Shown here one piece after another: positions 1-8,815 of a stretch of 57,127 bases of DNA. The notes under the pieces were generated by a model. The model did not search any database and was not told the DNA's origin. It saw only the letters and a program-made list of their open reading frames with translations. The translations under genes were made by a program, and so were the position numbers. Origin of the DNA: Bacteroidales bacterium (GTDB lineage Bacteria; Bacteroidota; Bacteroidia; Bacteroidales; P3); NCBI GenBank assembly GCA_017958525.1, contig JAGDCN010000107.1, positions 1 to 57,127 of the forward strand. Reading direction: 5' to 3'. Position 1 is the stretch's first letter. Each line of letters begins with the position of its first letter.

Positions 1-681
1 AGCAATATCGTTCATCATTTCGCCAACAGTTTTGTTGCCATTGAATCGATAGCCCCAAGCCAAAGCTGTGTCAGGCCAGTTGACAGCAAGAACGACCTGA
101 TTCTGGCCTTCGCCAACCCAGTAAAGAATATCGCTGGCAGCAATAGTGGCTTCTTCAGGAATGTCAGAACCGTTTGGGTTGCTGGCAGCGGTTGCCGATG
201 TCAACGCGAACATACAACTGCTGCTTATCTCCATTAAATCTCCATTGCTCACAGGTTGATTTCCGTAAGCATTGAGTGCCCACGACCCATTCAGATAGTA
301 ACACCATCCGTTTGTTGAGCTCCCTGACACAAGAGAACCGTCATTGTATGAAACATATTGCATCAGGGAACTGGAATAAGAATAACTTAAGCGACTGTCG
401 TGAGTGGCAATCGAATCAATAAGGCCGAGAGCCGTTGTGCTGCCATTCCAACGAACACCCCAAGCCAAAGCAAAATTGCCATTAGGATTGTCATCCCATC
501 CGACAACAACGACAGCGGAATTACTACCGCTTCCAACCCAAAATTGAACATCAGAAGCCTGGAAAACCACACTCTTTGCTCGAACATTTTTCTTTGTATG
601 TCCTGCATTGTTGCCCTCTTGGGCAGACACGATAGTAGTCATCATCAGACTCAACGATAAAATTAATAGTTTTTTTAGCAT
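1..681 (-). CDS. Secreted tandem-repeat protein, N-terminal 227 codons only (runs off the window start); candidate corrinoid-related surface protein
   Basis: Absent from the ORF track because the window edge truncates it. My translation from ATG 681-679 gives MLKKLLILSLSLMMTTIVSAQEGNN (signal peptide). The frame stays open for all 227 codons to position 1. Two copies of a module are visible: D[VI]x[FY]WVGxGxN..V..V.W.D....ALAWG.R.NG. It lies directly downstream of a cobalamin riboswitch on the same strand. Confidence 0.8.
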   Translation of the reverse strand, partial: MLKKLLILSLSLMMTTIVSAQEGNNAGHTKKNVRAKSVVFQASDVQFWVGSGSNSAVVVVGWDDNPNGNFALAWGVRWNGSTTALGLIDSIATHDSRLSYSYSSSLMQYVSYNDGSLVSGSSTNGWCYYLNGSWALNAYGNQPVSNGDLMEISSSCMFALTSATAASNPNGSDIPEEATIAASDILYWVGEGQNQVVLAVNWPDTALAWGYRFNGNKTVGEMMNDIA

Positions 682-767
682 AATCGATACTATTTAAAAT
701 GTTAATATACAATTGTCCAAACTCAGTATCGGTGGCCAACAAAGGAAAAAAGGAAACGACAATCCGG

Positions 768-1008
768 AAAAAACGCGGCAATACACACCGCAAACTCCAG
801 TTTACCGGACACTTTTTCCTCGAAAGCGAACCGAATTTTCAGATTTGGCAGGTCTTCTGACTCGTTCTATGCCCATCAGCCTTCCCATATATCTATGACG
901 ATATACAGTGGCTATTCCATTGATTGGCATACTACTGAACTCACAGCAGCGGGACTGTCCAGGATTCTCACCTGGTTCCCTTTTGACACCCTTTCGGGCG
1001 ACCAAATC
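768..1008 (-). promoter_or_regulatory. Cobalamin (B12) riboswitch: aptamer 842-1008 plus putative terminator-type expression platform 768-791
   Basis: Minus-strand RNA reads GAUUUGG (P1 5' arm), AAAGGGAACCAGGUGAGAAUCCUGGACAGUCCCGCUGCUGUGAG, AGCCACUGUAUAU, UGGGAAGGCUGAUGG, then GAGUCAGAAGACCUGCCAAAUC (B12 box plus P1 3' arm). The conserved core, the GCCACUG element and the B12 box are all present. A GCGGU-N7-GCCGC hairpin with a U6 run follows. Confidence 0.9.
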
Positions 1009-1013
1009 AATTG

Positions 1014-1021
1014 CAAAAATA
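1014..1021 (-). promoter_or_regulatory. -7 promoter box (TATTTTTG) for the riboswitch transcript
   Basis: Exact match to the Bacteroidetes sigma-A -7 consensus TAnnTTTG, 6 nt upstream of the riboswitch P1 stem. Confidence 0.6.
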
Positions 1022-1124
1022 CATAATATTTTTTATAAACTGTAAAAAATTTTGACAAATTCTTTTTTTTACAATATTTAGTCTTGTTACCCGTTTTAAA
1101 TACACTTGATTTATTGATACAATA

Positions 1125-2783
1125 ATGAAAAAATACCGTTTTTTTCTATATATCCCACTTTGCGCATTTATATCCCTGTTGTCGGCTTGTCATCACAGCA
1201 GCGAAGGTGACGATAAAACCATTTTCCGATACAATGAATCGGCTGGAATTACAACCCTCGATCCCGCTTTTGCAAAAGATCAAGCTCTTATATGGGCCAC
1301 ATCACAGTTGTTCAACGGACTCGTGCGTCTCGATAGCAACCTTAATGTGGAACCCTGCATAGCAAAACATTGGGCAATTAGTCCCAATGGACTTACATAT
1401 ACTTTTACTTTAAGGGATGATGTGTTTTTTCATAAGAATCCACTGTTTAAAACTAGCGATTCAACTCGAAAAGTAACAGCATCAGACTTTCTTTATTCTT
1501 TTAACAGAATTCTTGATCCCAACGTTGCCTCACCAGGCTTGTGGATTTTCTCCAATGTTGCCGAAAATGGCTTCTCTGCACCTAACGACACAACGTTTGT
1601 CGTTAAGTTGAGAGAACCCTTTGCGCCAATGCTGTCACTTCTTTCTATGCCATATTGCAGCGTTGTTCCTCGCGAAGTCGTTGAACACTATGGCACAGAC
1701 TTCCGCAATCACCCTGTAGGTACAGGTCCTTTCCAATTCCAATACTGGAAAGAGGGTGTAAAACTTGTTATGCGTCGCAACAGTAACTATTTTGAACGCG
1801 ACAACGAGGGGCATACCCTCCCCTATCTAGATGCTGTTGCCATTACTTTTATAATTGACAAACAGACTGCTTTTCTAGAATTTATAAAAGGAAATCTAGA
1901 CTTTATGAATTCACTGGATGCCTCATATAAAGACGAAATACTAACCAAAACAGGACAATTGAAAGGCAAATACACCGACCGTATTGATATGATCTCTATT
2001 CCCTTTCTGAACACTGAGTATCTGGGATTCAATATGGAAATATTCCAGGATGAGTTGACCGATGCAACGGGCCAAAAAATCGATGCCCAAAAAACAAAAC
2101 TAATAAGACAAGCCATCAATTACGGATTCGACCGTGTAAAAATGATGAAATATATGCGAAACAATGTTGGCAGACCAGGTGTTAATGGAATGATTCCTTG
2201 TGGATTGCCTACATACGACAGTTCGGCGACATACGGTTATGATTACAATCTTGAACATGCCCGTAAACTGCTGGCCGATGCTGGTTTTCCTAATGGCAAA
2301 GGATTGCCAACCATTAAGTTGGCTACAACAAGTAGCTACCTTGACCTTTGCAAGTATATACAGCAGCAGCTTTCGCTTGTTGGAATTAATATAAAGCTTG
2401 ATGTAAATCCACCGGCAGCCTTACGCGAACAAATGGCACAAGGTAAATGCCCCTGGTTCCGCGGCTCGTGGATTGCAGACTATCCCGATGCAGAAAACTA
2501 TATGGCACTGTTTTACAGTCATAACCACTCTCCTTCCGGACCAAATTACACCCACTTCACCTCAATAAAGGTCGATCAACTCTATCGTATAGCCATCAAG
2601 GAAACTGACAATATGAAGCGACTTTCAATGTACCGCCAGATGGATTCGCTTGTGATGGACGAAGCACCGGTGATTGTACTTTATTACGACCAAATACTTC
2701 ATTTTACGCACAAAAACATCAGCGGTATGCGAACCAATGCAATGAACGCTCTTGACTTAAGATATACAATAAAAAAACTTTAG
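1125..2783 (+). CDS. ABC-transporter family-5 (OppA/DppA-like) substrate-binding lipoprotein, orphan
   Basis: 552 aa. Lipobox (LLSAC). N-terminal ITTLDPAFAKDQALIWATSQLFNGLVRLD and HWAISPNGLTYTFTLRDDVFFH are typical of SBP family 5. No permease or ATPase genes are adjacent. Confidence 0.8.
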   Translation: MKKYRFFLYIPLCAFISLLSACHHSSEGDDKTIFRYNESAGITTLDPAFAKDQALIWATSQLFNGLVRLDSNLNVEPCIAKHWAISPNGLTYTFTLRDDVFFHKNPLFKTSDSTRKVTASDFLYSFNRILDPNVASPGLWIFSNVAENGFSAPNDTTFVVKLREPFAPMLSLLSMPYCSVVPREVVEHYGTDFRNHPVGTGPFQFQYWKEGVKLVMRRNSNYFERDNEGHTLPYLDAVAITFIIDKQTAFLEFIKGNLDFMNSLDASYKDEILTKTGQLKGKYTDRIDMISIPFLNTEYLGFNMEIFQDELTDATGQKIDAQKTKLIRQAINYGFDRVKMMKYMRNNVGRPGVNGMIPCGLPTYDSSATYGYDYNLEHARKLLADAGFPNGKGLPTIKLATTSSYLDLCKYIQQQLSLVGINIKLDVNPPAALREQMAQGKCPWFRGSWIADYPDAENYMALFYSHNHSPSGPNYTHFTSIKVDQLYRIAIKETDNMKRLSMYRQMDSLVMDEAPVIVLYYDQILHFTHKNISGMRTNAMNALDLRYTIKKL

Positions 2784-2789
2784 TGCTTT

Positions 2790-3257
2790 TCAACTTCTCC
2801 TCCAAAAACGCGAAGTGATATCCTGCATCTTACCATTGGTTATCTTGTACATACGCTGGTTCGTGTGCCTGCTGCGCAACGAACCCAAATGTGCCAGATA
2901 TGGTCCTAATTTGATATAGTCGAAATTGTTGATATTCAATGATGGAGAGAGCTGCGAACGTCCACTATACCAGGCTGTGCGCAGTTTGGTATAGCGTTGA
3001 CGCAGGTTATGCATAAGTCTGTCAACTTCGGCGGCACAGGCATCTCCCCCCATCACGGCAACGCAGGTAATCTGGTTACGATAAGGCTCAATTAGCTTGT
3101 CCAAAGCCTCGTCAGTCAGCGGCTCTCCGACATCATTCCACAGATACTTCGAATGGCACCCAGGACAATGACACGGACATCCAGTGATGTTGATAGCCAA
3201 CGAAACCTCGTCTGGAATTTCTTGAAAGACAATATCGCTATTTAGGTATTTAAGCAC
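2790..3257 (-). CDS. nrdG: Anaerobic ribonucleoside-triphosphate reductase activating protein (radical SAM)
   Basis: 155 aa with the CPCHCPGCHS Cys cluster, immediately downstream of nrdD. The start codon is GTG. Confidence 0.9.
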   Translation of the reverse strand: MLKYLNSDIVFQEIPDEVSLAINITGCPCHCPGCHSKYLWNDVGEPLTDEALDKLIEPYRNQITCVAVMGGDACAAEVDRLMHNLRQRYTKLRTAWYSGRSQLSPSLNINNFDYIKLGPYLAHLGSLRSRHTNQRMYKITNGKMQDITSRFWRRS

Positions 3258-3280
3258 AGCCTAACTACAAATTACTAGTT

Positions 3281-5392
3281 TCAATTTTCAACCATCTGAT
3301 TAGGTGTGGCATAGTGACGACGAGCAGCCTCTTCTTGACGTGGCATCGAGAAATTGCTTACACGTTTTAGGTAGCCGATAATGCGTGTCATATAGTCAAC
3401 ATTTGTAGAATGGCAGTGCGGACATTCCTTCAGGTAGCGTTTGTCTATATGGCCGCAGTCGTTGCAAATAGTATTGGGAATATTGAATGTAAAGTAGTTA
3501 CAACCCTCTTTTGCAGCCACGTGCAACAATTGCAAATACTGTTCCTGCGAGAGATGTTCCTCAAGGTTACAGTGAAGAGCACTGCCACCGGTCAGATGCT
3601 CAATATATGGCGTACCGTGCAAACGGAACTTTTCGAGAATAGAAATTGATTGGTCTTCAACAATATAAAAATAGCTATTATAGCAGTCGCGTGGAACAAA
3701 ATAACCATCCTCGCGGTCCCATTTAGCGTGTTTAACACCCACGTTTTCAGCTGGAATCATCTCGCAATTGAACATCACCTCCTTTGTGCGGTATTCTTTA
3801 TTTTTCTTCTCAACAAGTCCCAATACGGTTTGTACGAAGTTTCTGTAGTTTGGATTATCGTTGATTGTCAAGCCCATAAATTCAGCAGCCTCAACCAGTC
3901 CATTAACACCAATTGTCAGATATTGACGCGCGATATTTATATATCCGGCATCGAAGAGCGGCAACATACCGTGGGATGCCAGATCTTTAAGATTTTCGTT
4001 GTAAGCCAGCTGCACTTTGTGGCAAAGATCGATAATGTCGGTCAGAAACTCCTTGTAATCCATCTTGTTATTGATGGCATACTGTATGCTGCGGTTCAGA
4101 TTGATGGTCAGCACGCTCTTCGAGCCTGTCGATACGCCACCGGCACCGAGTGTATAGCTAAATCCATTGTCTGTAATCTCATTGCGCAGTCGGCAGCAGC
4201 TGCTCAGTGAGTCAGCATTGTCGCTCATATAGGTGAAGAAACTATGACCTTCAGCATACATCTCTGCAGTGAACCCGGCCATATCGGGATCTACCATTTC
4301 TCCATCTTTGCTCAGCAGCGCCATAGTTTCTACAGGGAAAGTAAGCACTGCCTTGGTCCGCTCCTTGTTGAACCAGCGCATAAAACGTTTCTGTAACCAC
4401 TTCAAGCTCTCCCAATCTGGTGCCGAACCATCGGGGAAGCGGAACTCTCCGAAAAGACTCTCAAAGTACGGTTTGTCGTAATATGCTATATTCCAGAATA
4501 CGGCCTGATAGTTGCGCGCACCTGTGGGTTGGTTAAGGGTATAAACAATTTGCTCAAAACAGTCGGTGATAATCTTGTCCAGTGTGCGCTTGCGCAGACT
4601 CAAATCAACCACCTCGTCAGCACGCTTATAATAGTCCTGACCGTAGTCTTTACCAATGAAATAGTTAAGATACATCAAAAATTCAGGCGTTGCGCAAGCA
4701 CCACTCAACATACTGCTTACCATAAAGACCATATTCACAAAACCTCCACAAAAGGACTTGAGATTGGTCGGTGCCGTAGAATTGCCACCAATTGACGCCG
4801 TGCCACTTAACAGCCAAGGATACATTGTGATACTAGCACAATAATTTGCCAACGATGTTTCATCATTCTTATAGATAAAATGATGTGTTAATAGATCAAT
4901 ATATCTGTCAGCCAACTCTTTACCATACATTGTCTTTATTCTATCTGTTAACAGACGACGGTTTAAACGAATAAAGTTTGACTTTGGCAGCTCACCTATA
5001 AGCGTTGCAATATTCTTGTGCTCCACATTGGCGTTTGCGTCATATTTTGAGCCTGTTGCAGCGTTCGCAGCTTCACAGTATTCTGACAAAAACTTCATTT
5101 TTTCCATTGTCTCACGGTCTTCCGTGTGACGCTGGCGATACAGCATAAAACTCTTGGCTACATCATAGAACTCCTCTTTCATCAATGCCACCTCAACCTG
5201 ATTCTGGATCTCTTCGACGGTAATACCGTTGTGGATATCAAGATGCGAAAGAATTTTCGACAGAGCACCCAAATCAACAGGACGATCTATGGAATTGAAT
5301 GCCTTTATGATGGCATTCATTATTTTGTCAAGCGAAAAACGATCGGCACTACCATCGCGTTTTGTGATTGTCAGAATATTACTGTTTTCCAT
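3281..5392 (-). CDS. nrdD: Anaerobic ribonucleoside-triphosphate reductase (class III)
   Basis: 703 aa. N-terminal ATP-cone (ITKRDGSADRFSLDKIMNAI). C-terminal CNDCGH..CPHC zinc site and glycyl-radical motif TRIIGYLKRV. Confidence 0.95.
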   Translation of the reverse strand: MENSNILTITKRDGSADRFSLDKIMNAIIKAFNSIDRPVDLGALSKILSHLDIHNGITVEEIQNQVEVALMKEEFYDVAKSFMLYRQRHTEDRETMEKMKFLSEYCEAANAATGSKYDANANVEHKNIATLIGELPKSNFIRLNRRLLTDRIKTMYGKELADRYIDLLTHHFIYKNDETSLANYCASITMYPWLLSGTASIGGNSTAPTNLKSFCGGFVNMVFMVSSMLSGACATPEFLMYLNYFIGKDYGQDYYKRADEVVDLSLRKRTLDKIITDCFEQIVYTLNQPTGARNYQAVFWNIAYYDKPYFESLFGEFRFPDGSAPDWESLKWLQKRFMRWFNKERTKAVLTFPVETMALLSKDGEMVDPDMAGFTAEMYAEGHSFFTYMSDNADSLSSCCRLRNEITDNGFSYTLGAGGVSTGSKSVLTINLNRSIQYAINNKMDYKEFLTDIIDLCHKVQLAYNENLKDLASHGMLPLFDAGYINIARQYLTIGVNGLVEAAEFMGLTINDNPNYRNFVQTVLGLVEKKNKEYRTKEVMFNCEMIPAENVGVKHAKWDREDGYFVPRDCYNSYFYIVEDQSISILEKFRLHGTPYIEHLTGGSALHCNLEEHLSQEQYLQLLHVAAKEGCNYFTFNIPNTICNDCGHIDKRYLKECPHCHSTNVDYMTRIIGYLKRVSNFSMPRQEEAARRHYATPNQMVEN

Positions 5393-5501
5393 TATATTGA
5401 TGTATTTTTATTCGTGCAATTCTTGTTTATTTTTTATTGTCCCCGCTTAGTGAACGGACTGCTTCTCTTGCAAATTGTTTCGGCAGTCTGCTCACAAAAT
5501 A

Positions 5502-5524
5502 TCATATTAACACATTTAATATGA
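5502..5524. repeat. Perfect inverted repeat TCATATTAA-N5-TTAATATGA in the nrdD leader
   Basis: Read directly from the sequence: 9-bp arms and a 5-bp spacer, between the putative nrdD promoter and the start codon. Confidence 0.7.
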
Positions 5525-5572
5525 ACTGTCAGCAGCGAAAAAAAAAACATTATTTGTCATTTTTTGGCGATA

Positions 5573-5580
5573 CAAAATTA
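5573..5580 (-). promoter_or_regulatory. -7 promoter box (TAATTTTG) for nrdDG
   Basis: Exact TAnnTTTG match on the minus strand, about 180 nt upstream of the nrdD ATG. This implies a long 5' leader. Confidence 0.45.
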
Positions 5581-5681
5581 CTACAAAAACAGTATGCTGA
5601 AGAAAGAAAACTTATAAAGTTCTCAACAACACCTGTTGATTTAATTTAGGAACACAGGCGCCACGTTGGTATTGGAGTATT

Positions 5682-7499
5682 TTACTCCTCACTGACTTCT
5701 GACACAAAGCGGCGGTATGCCGAGAAAGTATTGGCACGCGAAAGAAAACCCAAATAATAATCTTCATCGTCAATGACGATAAGGTTGTAGCGGTTACCGA
5801 CTTTAAATTTGTTGACCACCTCGGCTGGTGGGTCGCTGATGCGAACAATGTCACCCTCCGATAACGGGTGCATCAAGTCCAAAACCGCAGTGTTGTCATA
5901 ACGTTCAGGCTGGAACATAATATGCCGCACATCATCGAGCAGTATTACACCCAAGAACTTGTCGTCGTTACTCAACACAGGAAACACGTTACGCCGAGAA
6001 TATTTGATGGCCTCAACCAGGTCTCGCAGCTTGTCTTCCTCACGTACAACAACAAAGTTTGTCTCGATCAGTTTGCGCATATCCATCAACTGCCAAGCCG
6101 AACGGTCCTTGTCGTGTGTCATTAGGTTACCTTGCTCAGCAAGTTTTCGTGCATAAATAGAATGACGCTCAAATGGCGACACACAGAGGTATGTTACTGA
6201 CGACGTCACCAGCAGCGGTACCATAAGTGCATATCCACCAGTGATCTCAGCAATGAGGAAGATGGCCATAAAAGGCGCGTGCATCACGCCCGTCATAACC
6301 GCCGCCATACCTACAAGAGCGAAATTGGCAGTGCTCTGTTCGGGCAGACCCAGCTGATTGTAAAGCATACAGACAAAATATCCGGCCAAACCGCCTATAA
6401 TCAGCGACGGGCCAAATGTGCCGCCAACACCGCCGCAACCAATCGTCGTCGCTGTAGCAATAGCTTTTGTTAAAATCAGCACAAACAAATATGCAAGCAC
6501 AATCCAGTGGTTGTTATGCAACGAAGCAAAAACACTGTGTTCAAATAGCAATTCGTCACTGCCGTTCAGCAGTTCAGTCAAAAACGTATAGCCCTCACCA
6601 AACAGTGGTGGGAAAAGGAATATCATCAAACCTAGTGCAATAGATCCAATGACAGCACGTGACACAGTGCTTTTTCTTCGTGCATACCACTCCTCTACCC
6701 TATCGGTTACACGCAGAAAATAGAGTGATACAGCCGCGCAGACCCCCCCCAATACAATATAATATGGAATTTGAGACAATCCCGACTGACCCACAACAGT
6801 GAAAGCAAACTGCAAATCATTGCCCATCAAGAAGTAAGCTACAGTCGATGCACTTACGGCCGACAGCATCAGTGGCAAGATAGCCGTTGCCGTCATATCA
6901 AACATAAAGACTTCAATCACAAAAAGTACACCTGCAATCGGAGCCTTAAAGATACCAGCAATGGCACCAGCAGCTCCGCATCCCAATAGCATCTTCACAT
7001 CGTGTGCACTCAGGCGGAAGAAACGGCCTATGTTTGAACCAATTGCACTACCTGTAGAAGCTATTGGTGCCTCAAGACCCACACTGCCACCGAAAGCCAC
7101 CGTCAGAGTCGATGCTACAACCGACGAGTACATATTCCGCGCTGGAAGCACTCCACCGCCGCGTGACAGCGACAACAGCACTGTTGGCAATCCGTGACCG
7201 ATGTCGCCCTTCACAACATATCGCACAAACAATATCGTCAGCAATATTCCGATGGCGGGATAAAGTAGAATCAGCAAGTTGCCACCAACAAATGTCGGAA
7301 TATTGAATTGTAGCAGCCAACGATTAGTGATGTGAACCAGCGTTTTCAGCAATACAGCCGCCAAACCCGACAAAAGACCAACCAACACGCTAAGTGTCAG
7401 CAGAAAGACCCTATCGCTAACGTGACGCTTGCGCCACACTATAAAACGCTTGTATATACTCCTCGATAATTCGATACTCTTTTTTTTATTATTAATCAT
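5682..7499 (-). CDS. ClC-family voltage-gated chloride channel / H+-Cl- antiporter with C-terminal CBS pair
   Basis: ClC selectivity motifs are present: GHGLP, GLEAPI and GTFGPSL. There are many TM segments and a C-terminal CBS-like region. The track start (7505) is TTG; I prefer ATG at 7499 (MINNKKK). Confidence 0.85.
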   Translation of the reverse strand: MINNKKKSIELSRSIYKRFIVWRKRHVSDRVFLLTLSVLVGLLSGLAAVLLKTLVHITNRWLLQFNIPTFVGGNLLILLYPAIGILLTILFVRYVVKGDIGHGLPTVLLSLSRGGGVLPARNMYSSVVASTLTVAFGGSVGLEAPIASTGSAIGSNIGRFFRLSAHDVKMLLGCGAAGAIAGIFKAPIAGVLFVIEVFMFDMTATAILPLMLSAVSASTVAYFLMGNDLQFAFTVVGQSGLSQIPYYIVLGGVCAAVSLYFLRVTDRVEEWYARRKSTVSRAVIGSIALGLMIFLFPPLFGEGYTFLTELLNGSDELLFEHSVFASLHNNHWIVLAYLFVLILTKAIATATTIGCGGVGGTFGPSLIIGGLAGYFVCMLYNQLGLPEQSTANFALVGMAAVMTGVMHAPFMAIFLIAEITGGYALMVPLLVTSSVTYLCVSPFERHSIYARKLAEQGNLMTHDKDRSAWQLMDMRKLIETNFVVVREEDKLRDLVEAIKYSRRNVFPVLSNDDKFLGVILLDDVRHIMFQPERYDNTAVLDLMHPLSEGDIVRISDPPAEVVNKFKVGNRYNLIVIDDEDYYLGFLSRANTFSAYRRFVSEVSEE

Positions 7500-7619
7500 T
7501 GACAATAACCTCTTTATTCGTTAAATCCCCGTTTTGTCTGCAAAACAATTACCTTATAATCAACAATTCTATTTGTTAAATAATTGCAGTAAGTGAACCT
7601 TATTTTATTTTTAGAGGTT

Positions 7620-7627
7620 TACTTTTG
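7620..7627 (+). promoter_or_regulatory. -7 promoter box (TACTTTTG) for the OmpA-family gene
   Basis: Exact TAnnTTTG match, 141 nt upstream of ATG 7769. Confidence 0.4.
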
Positions 7628-7648
7628 TTTTAAGTTCAAAAGAAGTTG

Positions 7649-7656
7649 CAAAAATA
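7649..7656 (-). promoter_or_regulatory. -7 promoter box (TATTTTTG) for the ClC gene
   Basis: Exact TAnnTTTG match on the minus strand, about 150 nt upstream of ATG 7499. Confidence 0.4.
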
Positions 7657-7768
7657 CACAACTTCTCACAATCAGCCAAATTTTTTTTACACACACAAAC
7701 TAAATAAACACATCATTCGTTATATAAAAAAGAATTTAATAATAAATTGTAAATATATTATTTCCACT

Positions 7769-8761
7769 ATGAAACTAAACGCTATCCACCTTGGTCTCGC
7801 CGCACTGCTGTTTAGCTCGTGCGTCACACTTGGCAAATACGAAGCTCTTGAATCAAAAAACGCACAACTTAGACGAGAATTCAACACTTCGCAAAGCGAA
7901 CTCAACGATCTTCGTGACGAGAACGCCAACTTGCAGCGACAAAACCAGTCGCTAAGTGCAGAAATCACAGAGTTGAGTGACATTCGCAACAGCCAGAATG
8001 ACAGTATTTTGTCACTACGTCGTGCCCTTGAAAACCAGAAACTTGGTTTTGATACAGTTATCGAGAATTATTTGCAACGTCTGACAGGTCAAAGCCAGGA
8101 TCTGAACCGTGCCAACAACCTACTTGCAGCACGTACCAAAGAGTTGAGCGACAAGGAGGCTGCTTTCAGCGCTAAGGAACAGGCTTTTAAGGAGCAGGAA
8201 AACCAGCTGCGCATCAAACAAGCAGAACTAGAGAAGAAGGAATCGGACGCACGCAATGCGCTGGCTGCCAAGGAGCGCGAACTTGAGCAGCTGCGTTCAT
8301 CAATCAACAATGCGCTGGTTGGTTTTGCAGACAAGGGGCTAAATGTTGAAACCCGTGACGGCAAGGTATATGTCTCAATGGAGAGCAAGTTGCTTTTCCC
8401 GTCAGCCAGTTGGACTGTGTCGAAGGAGGGTGTAGATGCCATCAAAACACTTGCAAAGGTACTCGAACAAAACACAGACCTAAACATTTTGGTGGAAGGC
8501 CACACTGACAACGCTGCATACAAGGGCAGCACTGCTGTAAAGGACAACTGGGACCTTAGTGTGATGCGAGCAACATCGATAGTGAAACTACTGTTGCAGC
8601 ACGGTCCTAGCATCGACCCGGCTCGCATTGAAGCCTGCGGACACGGTGAATTTGCTCCAAAGGTACCCAACGATTCTCCGGCCAACAAGGCCCTTAACCG
8701 TCGCACAGAAATCATCCTCACTCCCAAGATGAGCGAAATTCTCAATTTAATTGGGGAGTGA
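7769..8761 (+). CDS. OmpA-family lipoprotein with long coiled-coil linker
   Basis: Start trimmed to the ATG giving MKLNAIHLGLAALLFSSC (lipobox). The central region is Q/E/L-rich heptad-like. The C-terminal OmpA domain shows LVEGHTDN, NWDLSVMRA and NRRTEI. Confidence 0.85.
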   Translation: MKLNAIHLGLAALLFSSCVTLGKYEALESKNAQLRREFNTSQSELNDLRDENANLQRQNQSLSAEITELSDIRNSQNDSILSLRRALENQKLGFDTVIENYLQRLTGQSQDLNRANNLLAARTKELSDKEAAFSAKEQAFKEQENQLRIKQAELEKKESDARNALAAKERELEQLRSSINNALVGFADKGLNVETRDGKVYVSMESKLLFPSASWTVSKEGVDAIKTLAKVLEQNTDLNILVEGHTDNAAYKGSTAVKDNWDLSVMRATSIVKLLLQHGPSIDPARIEACGHGEFAPKVPNDSPANKALNRRTEIILTPKMSEILNLIGE

Positions 8762-8815
8762 TATTAAACCTTATCTGGTACTGGTAAACTAAAAGAGTTA
8801 TATGTTACTTTATTT

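Noticed and set aside
5393-5580. Possible B12 riboswitch or NrdR boxes upstream of nrdD
   Set aside because: I found no B12 box or GCCACUG core on either strand. The AT-rich 16-mers near 5493-5525 do not fit the NrdR palindrome acaCwAtATaTwGtgt. The region is kept only as an unexplained structured leader.
7646-7768. N-terminal extensions proposed by the ORF track (7646, 21120, 26373, 50682, 55424, 7505, 51916)
   Set aside because: The extensions start at TTG/GTG or distant ATG codons. They encode AT-rich junk peptides, and in one case (55424) run through a terminator hairpin. Internal ATGs give canonical N-termini: a lipoprotein signal, the AtpD and MutL starts, and the S4 domain.
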